Source: Dubosiella newyorkensis (lineage in GTDB: Bacteria; Bacillota_I; Bacilli_A; Erysipelotrichales; Erysipelotrichaceae). From it: DNA of 32,000 bases. Numbering within the stretch: position 1 is the first letter of the stretch; each line of letters begins with the position of its first letter. Both the position numbers and the translations under genes were made by a program. Positions 24,996 to 32,000 of this stretch are shown piece after piece. Location of the stretch: contig NZ_MPKA01000113.1 of the NCBI RefSeq assembly GCF_001945605.1, positions 1-32,000 on the forward strand. The letters run 5' to 3'. The notes beneath the pieces are model-generated. The model saw nothing but the letters and a program-made list of their open reading frames with translations. It was not told the DNA's origin and ran no database searches.

Positions 24996-26547
24996 ACAGA
25001 TCTGCAGTCAAGTCAGTATTGGCGTGTTCGCTTGTTCGATGATCGTCAATGTTCCTGTATTTGCTGAAGAGGAGGATCCAAAAGAACCAATAAAAGACGT
25101 CGTAAAAATAGAACAAGTTGAGGCAGAGGAAGAATCGGCTTCGCCACAGAAAAGCGCGTTTTCAATCAACAGCTATTCGCTCGTCAATGAAAAGGGCGAG
25201 CCGATCGAAACACTAAAAAAAGGGGATGTGTTCACCTTGATCGTCACGGCCACAGACCCGAATGTGAGCACAGAAAAGGCGCTCGAACAAAAAGAGGTCG
25301 ACAAGATCAATCAAAGCATTCATTCGCTCAACATCGATCGGCTGACAGACGATTTTTCAGGAGGGCAAGATGTGCAAGCGATCCTTCTTAGCCAAAAACA
25401 AGAGCCTTTGAAAGTCAAGATCCTTTTCAAAGATGTGAAGTGGAAAGGAAAAGGGGACGCGTTCCGTTTTCAAATTGGTTACGCGGCGTTGGATATTCAA
25501 TATACAGCGCATACGATCGAGATCAAAGAATGTAGCGAAGAAGTGAAAGAGCCGGAAAATACGGGATCCGATGCTGAGCAACCAAGCGATACGATCGTCG
25601 ATGATAATATGAGTTGGAGCGGTGGATCGAGCGGAGGCGGTTTTGAAGGATCGAGTCAAACGATCAAAACAGCGGCACCGAATTTGATCGTTAAAAAGTA
25701 TTCGTATGGAAAAGATCCGATCTACGCGGGAAAAGAGTTTCAATTGTCGCTGGAGTTTTTCAATACTTCGAAGACGTTGGCTTGTGAAAATATCGTTGTT
25801 TCTTTGGAAACGGGCGATGGGCTGTCGATCGCGAACTCAAGCAATACGTTTTATTTTGAAAGCTTAGGAGCGCAAGCTTCGAAAACGATCAATTTGACGA
25901 TGAAGGCTTTGAGCATTGAAAAAAACATGTCGGCCGTCATCGATGTGAACTTCCGTTATGATTATGTTGCCGATCAGGAGCGTATCAATCAAACGATGGC
26001 GGAGAAGATCTCGATCCCAATTTATTTAAAAGATCGTTTTGAGATCCAGGAGCCGACACTTCCTGAAATGGCGAGTGTAGGAAGCGAATGTGTCGTATCG
26101 TTCAATTATGTCAATAAAGGAAAGTCGACATTGAGCAACGTGGAAGCCAAGGTGGAGGGGGATATTCCTGCGCTTCAAAAAGTGCAGAATGTTGGGAATA
26201 TCGATCCTGGAACGAGTGGTTCGATCGATGTGATCTTAACGCCAGATCAGCCAGGCATTCAAAAGGCGACGATCCTTTTGTCGTATGAAAACGCCAATGA
26301 GGAGCTTGTAGAAAAAAAGTTTCCGATCGAGTTGAACGTAGAGGATATGGCGCCCATGACTCCGGATGATTCGATGGACGCAATTCCAGAGGAAGAAAAA
26401 AGTTCGCCTTGGGGATGGGTCCTCGGACTGATCGCCTTGTTAGGAGCTGGTGCCGTGATCGTTTTCTTGAAGAAGCGTCATAAAAAGAAGCAACAAAAAG
26501 AACATCATGAAGACCTTGATTTTGATGATGAGGATTTGAAAGAATGA
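24979..26547 (+). CDS. Signal-peptide protein with repeated CARDB/COG1361-like beta-sandwich modules and a C-terminal TM anchor
   Basis: 522 aa from MKKSFRQICSQVSIGVFACSMIVNVPVFA (SD GAGGAG). Modules resemble PNLIVKKYSYGKDPIYAGKEFQLSLEFFNTS...LGAQASKTINLTMKA. The C-terminus is WGWVLGLIALLGAGAVIVFL followed by KKRHKKKQQKEHHEDLDFDDEDLKE. The ATG overlaps the ATPase gene, and the stop overlaps the FtsX start (ATGA). Confidence 0.6.
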   Translation: MKKSFRQICSQVSIGVFACSMIVNVPVFAEEEDPKEPIKDVVKIEQVEAEEESASPQKSAFSINSYSLVNEKGEPIETLKKGDVFTLIVTATDPNVSTEKALEQKEVDKINQSIHSLNIDRLTDDFSGGQDVQAILLSQKQEPLKVKILFKDVKWKGKGDAFRFQIGYAALDIQYTAHTIEIKECSEEVKEPENTGSDAEQPSDTIVDDNMSWSGGSSGGGFEGSSQTIKTAAPNLIVKKYSYGKDPIYAGKEFQLSLEFFNTSKTLACENIVVSLETGDGLSIANSSNTFYFESLGAQASKTINLTMKALSIEKNMSAVIDVNFRYDYVADQERINQTMAEKISIPIYLKDRFEIQEPTLPEMASVGSECVVSFNYVNKGKSTLSNVEAKVEGDIPALQKVQNVGNIDPGTSGSIDVILTPDQPGIQKATILLSYENANEELVEKKFPIELNVEDMAPMTPDDSMDAIPEEEKSSPWGWVLGLIALLGAGAVIVFLKKRHKKKQQKEHHEDLDFDDEDLKE

Positions 26548-27914
26548 GTTTTCGCGATCTATGGAGAATGTGTCTCAATAATCTTTGGCGTCGCAAATCA
26601 AGGACGATCTTGACGATCTTGGGGGTGATGATTGGCTGTATGTCGATCGTTGTCATGGTGTCGATCGGGGTGGCTTTGGATGTTTCGCAAAAAAAGATGT
26701 TGGAAGATATGGGGGATCTGCAAATGATCACGATTTATCCAAACTATGATCCGCAATCGAAAATCAAGTTGGATGAGTCGATGCTTAAAAATATTCAGGC
26801 GATCCCTGGTGTCGTGGCGGCGAGTGGAAAATTTGAGATCCAAGACTATCCGATCCAAGTGAGCACGGGATCGAATGGGCGGTATGAAGCGTTGTATGCA
26901 CCGGTTGTCGGGATCGATTTTTCACAGCTTGAGGGGTTTGGCTACGAATTGAAAGAGGGGGCTTTTCCGATCGTTGGCGCGAAAAATCAAGCGTTAGCTG
27001 GCGAGCGGTTCGCCTATAATTTTAAAGATACCGCTAGACCGGAAGGCAGCAATATGATCGATTATTATTCGGCGCTCTTTGATGAAAATGGAAATATGAA
27101 TGAGGAGAATGTTCCCGATCCTTATTTTGATCCTTTGAATGCGAAGATCGATCTTTCGATCCAGGTCAACGAACAGAACAAGATCAAAGATACTTTGAAT
27201 GTGACAGGGGTTCTCAAAGAAAGTCAAATGATCGGCTATGAAACGGGCGAAGGGCTTTTGATCGATTTGAACGAGATCAAAGGTTTGTGGAAAGAAGCAA
27301 ATAGAAAGGCGGGAAAACCTTCTACTTCTTTTGATTATACGGGGGCGTTAGTGAAGGCGGATTCGATCGAAAATGTCAGCGAGATCGAAAAGCAGATCCA
27401 GACTCTTGGTTTGCAGACAAGTTCGATGCAAAGCATTCGTGAATCGATGGAAGAGTCTTCACGGATGATGCAGATGGTTCTTGGCGGCATTGGGGCTATT
27501 TCGCTTCTTGTCGCGGCGATCGGGATCACGAATACGATGATCATGTCGATCAGCGAAAGGACACGAGAAATCGGAATCATGAAAGCGTTAGGCTGCTATA
27601 CGAAGAATATTCGTGAACTCTTTTTAATGGAGGCGGGGATGATCGGATTGATTGGCGGAGGGCTTGGCCTTATTTTGAGTTATATCGTTTCGATGGTGCT
27701 CAATTCATTTTCGAATATGGGTGCGCCTGCTGCTTCCTTTTGGGAGCAGCTGATGATCTGGCTTGGCTTGCAAGGCACGCCGCTTTCTTTGATTCCGTGG
27801 TGGCTTGGCTTGTTTGCTTTGTTGTTCTCGATCTTGATTGGTGTAGTTTCTGGATATTATCCAGCTTCGAAGGCTGTCAAGATTCCTGCGTTGGAAGCGA
27901 TACGGCATGATTAG
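26544..27914 (+). CDS. ABC transporter permease, FtsX/MacB-type with large extracytoplasmic domain
   Basis: 456 aa. The N-terminus is LWRRKSRTILTILGVMIGCMSIV. A ~250-aa extracellular domain follows, then the C-terminal FtsX region with SISERTREIGIMKALG. Confidence 0.88.
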   Translation: MSFRDLWRMCLNNLWRRKSRTILTILGVMIGCMSIVVMVSIGVALDVSQKKMLEDMGDLQMITIYPNYDPQSKIKLDESMLKNIQAIPGVVAASGKFEIQDYPIQVSTGSNGRYEALYAPVVGIDFSQLEGFGYELKEGAFPIVGAKNQALAGERFAYNFKDTARPEGSNMIDYYSALFDENGNMNEENVPDPYFDPLNAKIDLSIQVNEQNKIKDTLNVTGVLKESQMIGYETGEGLLIDLNEIKGLWKEANRKAGKPSTSFDYTGALVKADSIENVSEIEKQIQTLGLQTSSMQSIRESMEESSRMMQMVLGGIGAISLLVAAIGITNTMIMSISERTREIGIMKALGCYTKNIRELFLMEAGMIGLIGGGLGLILSYIVSMVLNSFSNMGAPAASFWEQLMIWLGLQGTPLSLIPWWLGLFALLFSILIGVVSGYYPASKAVKIPALEAIRHD

Positions 27915-27940
27915 TGCCGTACGATGGAATGAATTCAATT

Positions 27941-27980
27941 AAAAAACAGCGGGCGAAAGAGGATCGGCCGCTGTTTTTCA
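27941..27980. terminator. Bidirectional terminator between convergent genes
   Basis: AAAAAACAGCGGgcgaaagaggatcggCCGCTGTTTTT, lying between the FtsX stop and the Nudix-NTase stop. Confidence 0.7.
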
Positions 27981-27982
27981 TA

Positions 27983-29293
27983 TTATTCATTGAGGAGTTT
28001 TTTCATTTGAGTTTTAAGCTGTTCTAAATCTTTGATCGCTTGATTTGGATCTATGAAGAGATGCTGGAACAAGGAGGTTAGATCTTCTACAAAGTGTTCG
28101 GGAACGTTTTCGAGTTTTTGAGTTTCATTCATCATTCGTTTTTCGCCCGGATGGCTCGTTTCGTTGAGAGCGAACAATAAGTCAAAATATGTTTCCGCAA
28201 AGGCAGCGGCTCGATGATTGATTGCGGGCATGTCGTTTCGAAGGAGTGCTTTTTTGAGCTGATCTGCATAATTTGGAAGTCCATCGAACAAGAGAGCTCT
28301 ATGTCTTTGAATGATGTTTTCTTTTAATTGGATAGGATAAGAAATATTATATTTGGTTTGAAGTTTTTTTAGTTTTCCATGCCGGTCAAATAAGATTTTC
28401 GTGTTTTTTAGATTGTTCCACAAACATGTTGTATAGGCGTTTTGCGCTTGATGGTACAGGAGAGTCGTTTCGAGAGCTTTGTCGAAATCTTCGATGTTTC
28501 GGTACAAAATATCGATCGGGATCCCATCGAGGAAGATTCCATCGTCTTCTCGTTCCCAAAATTGATTGTCGTATTCAATGATTTGAAAGAGGCCTTCAAA
28601 CACTTGTTCTCGCTCAGCAAGAGGCAGATCTTGGTTCAAATAAATATAGAGATCATAGTCGGAATGCGCATCGGCTAGATTGGTCGCTCTTGAGCCGCCC
28701 AATCCGATCGCTTCGATTGGATCGCATTCGATCAGTCGTTCGATAAGTTGAATAAATTGTTGGCTTTCGTTCATATTTTTTTCCTTTCCTTCTTTTTTTA
28801 AGATCGTTTTTTCGTTGTACGAGGCGAAAATGAGTCGATCGCCGATATAGTCAAGCCGCATATAAAAGAGTTCTTGATCTTTTTCAAGCTGTTCGAAAAA
28901 TAAATGGTCGCCTTCCCATAAAGGGAGGTTGGCGATTTCTTCTTTGGGGATCCAAACCAATTCGCCTTCGTCGCATTCTTTTTGTTGGCCGCTAATTTCA
29001 TGGCCAGTAAATAAAAACATGAGTTCGCTGAAAAGGGGATCGTTTTCTTTTTTTTGAAAGTTGAAGGTGATGATGGCTCGAAGTTTGGGGTCGTGCCAGT
29101 CATAGCCGGTTTCTTCTTTGCATTCTCTTTGCATGCAAGAGAGGACACTTTCTCCGGTTTCCATTTTTCCGCCGATGCCGATCCATTTTTCATGATTGAT
29201 GTCATTTTTTTTCTTGGTTCTATGGAGCATCAAATATTTGCCGTCTTTTTCGATATATCCTAATGTTGTATTAAGCATGCTTTCAGTATACAT
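27983..29293 (-). CDS. Fusion protein: N-terminal Nudix hydrolase (MutT-like) + C-terminal Pol-beta-type nucleotidyltransferase/DUF4037-like domain
   Basis: The Nudix box is GIGGKMETGESVLSCMQRECKEETG (aa ~40-64). From aa ~174 the NTase motif is GLGGSRATNLADAHSDYDLYIY, followed by a helical C-terminal region. An internal SD-ATG sits at the domain junction (ATG 28774). Confidence 0.8.
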   Translation of the reverse strand: MYTESMLNTTLGYIEKDGKYLMLHRTKKKNDINHEKWIGIGGKMETGESVLSCMQRECKEETGYDWHDPKLRAIITFNFQKKENDPLFSELMFLFTGHEISGQQKECDEGELVWIPKEEIANLPLWEGDHLFFEQLEKDQELFYMRLDYIGDRLIFASYNEKTILKKEGKEKNMNESQQFIQLIERLIECDPIEAIGLGGSRATNLADAHSDYDLYIYLNQDLPLAEREQVFEGLFQIIEYDNQFWEREDDGIFLDGIPIDILYRNIEDFDKALETTLLYHQAQNAYTTCLWNNLKNTKILFDRHGKLKKLQTKYNISYPIQLKENIIQRHRALLFDGLPNYADQLKKALLRNDMPAINHRAAAFAETYFDLLFALNETSHPGEKRMMNETQKLENVPEHFVEDLTSLFQHLFIDPNQAIKDLEQLKTQMKKLLNE

Positions 29294-29563
29294 TGTTTTT
29301 AAAAAGAGCGTTATAGAAATCTTTTCGAAAGCGATGCATGGTTATATTTTATCTTGGTGGATGAAAAACCTGCAAAAGGAGAAGAGACAGAAAACGTTGA
29401 ATAGTTGTAGAAGATCCAGAAATTATTGAAAAAAAACGATTATGAGCCGTATTCTTCATGGACGTTGGTTCTCGAAGGATTTAGATTCGTATTTCAAAAC
29501 GCCAAGTCTATCGTAAAAACAAGAGAAGCCGATTTTAGGCTTCTTTTTGTGTATAATAAAGCT

Positions 29564-30382
29564 ATGGAACTTATAGAAAACTACTTTTTTTCTTACAAAC
29601 CTTATCTTAGTATCTTGCTGATCGTGATCAGTGTCATCGTATGGACGAATTTGAAGAAGATCGTGATCAAGCATGCGAAAAAGAGCGAGAAAGCCAACTT
29701 TTCTTCGACGGCTTGGCAATTGACGTTCAACTTTGTGAAATATATTTTGGGTTTCATTCTTATCATCTTGATCATGCAAATCAATGGGATCAATGTTTCT
29801 TCGATCGCAGCTGGTGTCGGGATCGTGTCGGTCGTGGTCGGATTCGCGCTCCAAGACTTTTTGAACGACTGGGTCATGGGCCTATCGATTGTTTGGGAAG
29901 GTTATTTTTCGGTGGGCGATATCGTCCGGTATAAAGAGTGCGTTGGAGAAGTGATCCAATTCAACTTCAAGATGACAAAGATCAAAGACATGAATGATGG
30001 GAGCGTCTGGGTGATCTCGAATCGGTATCTTTCCGAGATCGTGTTGCTTGGAAATTGGTTCGATGTCGATGTTCCTGCCGCATATGAGGTGGAGCTTTCT
30101 AAGACCCAAAGGGCGATGCATGAAATCCAAGAAAAAATGAACGCTCTTGAAGATGTGAAGAACTGTATGTATTTGGGTGCACAAGCTTTCGAGAGCTCGT
30201 CGATCTCATATCGGTTCAGGATCTTCTGCTCGCCGCTTGCGCGCAATCCTTTGCGAAGGGATTTGTTTCGGATCTTGCAGGAAGTCTATGAAAGAGAAGG
30301 ATTGTCGATCCCATACGATCAATTGGATGTTCATCTGATCAAAGAGAGGGAGGATATATATGAAAAAGGCGATCTTGCTTGA
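29564..30382 (+). CDS. Small-conductance mechanosensitive channel (MscS family)
   Basis: 272 aa from MELIENYFF. Three TM helices are followed by the MscS core GFALQDFLNDWVMGLSIVWEGYFSVGDIVRY...GEVIQFNFKMTKIKDMNDGSVWVISN. The track's TTG at 29426 would read through a terminator-like hairpin at 29523-29550. Confidence 0.85.
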   Translation: MELIENYFFSYKPYLSILLIVISVIVWTNLKKIVIKHAKKSEKANFSSTAWQLTFNFVKYILGFILIILIMQINGINVSSIAAGVGIVSVVVGFALQDFLNDWVMGLSIVWEGYFSVGDIVRYKECVGEVIQFNFKMTKIKDMNDGSVWVISNRYLSEIVLLGNWFDVDVPAAYEVELSKTQRAMHEIQEKMNALEDVKNCMYLGAQAFESSSISYRFRIFCSPLARNPLRRDLFRILQEVYEREGLSIPYDQLDVHLIKEREDIYEKGDLA

Positions 30383-31205
30383 TATTGATGGAACGCTTGT
30401 CAATACGAAGCGTTTGCTGACGCCAAAAACAAAAGAAGCGCTTCTTGCTTGCGAGAGGCAAGGGATGTTGTTGGTGCTCGCTTCGGGAAGACCAACGAGC
30501 GGTTTGCTTCATTTGGCAAAAGAATTAAAAATGAATGAGTATGGTGGGCTTTTGGTTTCGTTTAATGGCGCGATGGTCATAGATGCCAAAACAAAAGAAG
30601 TGTTATTCGAAAAAGTGATCGAGCCTGAAGTGTGCCAAGCGGTTTTGGAGCATTTGAAACAATTTCGCGTGTATCCAATGATCAATCGAGATGAATATAT
30701 GTTTGTCAATCATGTCTATGGATGTGAGGTGGATGTGCATGGAACAAAAAAGAATATTGTTCAATACGAGGCGAAGGGGAATGATTATTTATTGTGCGAG
30801 ATCGAAGATCTAGCTAAGTTTTGTACATTTCCTCTCCATAAGATCTTGTCGGCTGGCGATCCTAATTATTTGCGAGAACACGATGCAGAAATGGAAAAGC
30901 CGTTCAAAGAGCGTTTGAATTGTTCGTTCACAGCGCCATTTTATTTTGAGTTCATGCCAAAAAACGTGAATAAAAAAGAAGCGATCGAATTTGTTCTGGA
31001 TGATTTCCATATTTCTAAAGAGGATATCATCGCTTTTGGCGACGCGCAAAACGATCAAGAAATGATCGAGATGGCAGGGATCGGCATCGCCATGGGAAAC
31101 GCGGATCCTTCCTTAAAAGAAAAAGCTGATTTTGTGACGAAAAGCAACGATGAAGACGGGATCGCGTATGCTTTGAGCGTATTAGGCATCATAGATAGAT
31201 CCTGA
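30360..31205 (+). CDS. Cof-type HAD-IIB family hydrolase (sugar-phosphate phosphatase-like)
   Basis: Motif I LLDIDGTL, SGRP, and C-terminal FGDAQNDQEMIEMAGIGIAMGNA are present. An SD (GGGAGGA) is present. Confidence 0.88.
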   Translation: MKKAILLDIDGTLVNTKRLLTPKTKEALLACERQGMLLVLASGRPTSGLLHLAKELKMNEYGGLLVSFNGAMVIDAKTKEVLFEKVIEPEVCQAVLEHLKQFRVYPMINRDEYMFVNHVYGCEVDVHGTKKNIVQYEAKGNDYLLCEIEDLAKFCTFPLHKILSAGDPNYLREHDAEMEKPFKERLNCSFTAPFYFEFMPKNVNKKEAIEFVLDDFHISKEDIIAFGDAQNDQEMIEMAGIGIAMGNADPSLKEKADFVTKSNDEDGIAYALSVLGIIDRS

Positions 31206-31277
31206 AAGCGTTAGTCTTTGGAAAATGTGTCGTTTTTTCTTGACGTTGACCGAAGAATAGGCGTTTAATAAAAACAA

Positions 31278-31390
31278 CAAAAGGGAGTAATTGACGCTTT
31301 TGCGTGCAACGGATCGTCATCACGTCCATTAGGACTGGTCATTGCTGAAACGATGAGACTTTTGCCAAACTATGGCAGGAGTCTTTTTTG
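31278..31390 (+). promoter_or_regulatory. Candidate metal-sensing riboswitch (yybP-ykoY / Mn2+-like) with terminator expression platform
   Basis: P1 pairs CAAAAG (31278-83) with CTTTTG (31359-64). It encloses GGGAGTA on the 5' side and GAGAC on the 3' side, both resembling conserved yybP-ykoY junction sequences. Internal hairpins are ACGCttttGCGT, GTCCattaGGAC and ATCGT/ACGAT. The terminator AGACTTTTGCC-aaactat-GGCAGGAGTCT followed by TTTTTT (31356-31390) shares the 3' P1 strand. Confidence 0.5.
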
Positions 31391-31414
31391 TAGCCTGCCA
31401 GAAAGGAGCAGGAA

Positions 31415-32000
31415 ATGGAAGTTGTTGGTTTATTGTTTGGATTTATCTGCTTGATCAAAGGGGCGGATTTTTTTGTGGATGGAGCGAGTTCGCTGGCAAA
31501 AAAGCTTGGCGTTCCAGCAGTTCTAGTTGGATTGACGATCGCCGCGATCGGGACGTCGTTGCCCGAAGCGAGTGTTTCGGTCATTTCTGCGCTGCATCAA
31601 AATCCTGAGATCGCGATTTCGAATGTTTTAGGTTCGAATTTATTCAATACGCTTATGGTGATCGGATGTTGCGCGATCATTTATCCGATCCATGTTGGTC
31701 CAGAATTGAAAAAGCGTGATATCCCATTCAATGTGATCGTTTCCGCGATCTTGTTTTTGGTCATTGCCTTTACGCATCGTTTGGATCGATTGGTGGGTAT
31801 TGGTCTTTTGATTGGTCTTGTTGGTTATTTGGTATATCTGTGCACCCATACAAAAATTGAAAAGGAAGCTTCTTCCGAAAAATTACTTCCGACTGGAAAA
31901 ATCGTTTTGTTTATTCTTGGAGGATTGGTCGCGATCATAGCGGGCGGTCAATTGGTCGTCAACAACGCGAGCGCGATCGCGACAGCATTAGGCTGGTCGC
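31415..32000 (+). CDS. Ca2+/Na+ (CaCA, YrbG-type) antiporter, 3'-truncated by window edge
   Basis: MEVVGLLFGFICLIKGADFFVDGASSLAKKLGVPAVLVGLTIAAIGTSLPEASVSV contains the alpha-1 repeat GTSLPE. An SD (GAAAGGAG) is present. The frame stays open to the end of the window, which is why it is absent from the ORF track. Confidence 0.85.
   Translation, partial: MEVVGLLFGFICLIKGADFFVDGASSLAKKLGVPAVLVGLTIAAIGTSLPEASVSVISALHQNPEIAISNVLGSNLFNTLMVIGCCAIIYPIHVGPELKKRDIPFNVIVSAILFLVIAFTHRLDRLVGIGLLIGLVGYLVYLCTHTKIEKEASSEKLLPTGKIVLFILGGLVAIIAGGQLVVNNASAIATALGWS

Noticed and set aside
29426-29563. The TTG-initiated 46-aa extension of the MscS ORF.
   Set aside because: It contains a terminator-like hairpin and a TATAAT box, has no RBS, and is not hydrophobic as an MscS N-terminus would be.
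1-32000. A scan for CRISPR arrays, rRNA/tRNA genes, IS elements, integrases and known defence-system gene signatures.
   Set aside because: Nothing was found. The only regularly repeated DNA is the two-copy 460-nt unit, and the only stable RNA gene is the tmRNA.

Overview
The window looks like a chromosomal segment of a low-GC Gram-positive bacterium (Bacillota). That placement rests on the T-box leader, the PTS/GH1 sugar locus, rpsK-rpoA synteny and SD-type RBSs; no finer taxon can be supported. Most of it is housekeeping or metabolic. In order: the rpsK 3' end, rpoA, an ABC-F ATPase, a minus-strand serC-serA-PHP phosphatase operon with overlapping junctions, a small K/A/E-rich protein, smpB and tmRNA, a corA interrupted by an in-frame TAA, and a YkvI-family membrane protein. 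Next come a T-box-controlled leuABCD operon, an RpiR / PTS-EIIC / two-GH1 beta-glucoside locus, an amidase_3, two GNATs, a cation:proton antiporter and a MacB-type ABC ATPase / CARDB-like protein / FtsX permease trio. The window ends with a Nudix-nucleotidyltransferase fusion, MscS, a Cof-type HAD, and a candidate metal riboswitch ahead of a truncated CaCA antiporter. I saw no rRNA, tRNA, CRISPR array, transposase, integrase or recognisable defence genes. Four things are not explained by ordinary annotation. (1) Two ~460-nt, ~95% identical, purine-rich non-coding direct repeats sit between the ykvI-like gene and the leu leader, each ending in its own intrinsic terminator. (2) GATC and CGATCG are strongly over-represented across the window, about 1 GATC per 43 bp in hand-counted samples. 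(3) A PHP-family phosphatase is translationally coupled to serA and could be the missing phosphoserine phosphatase. (4) Three genes have a -10 box exactly 6 nt upstream of an ATG with no SD, so they may be leaderless. All calls come from reading the sequence and ORF translations; no searches were run.
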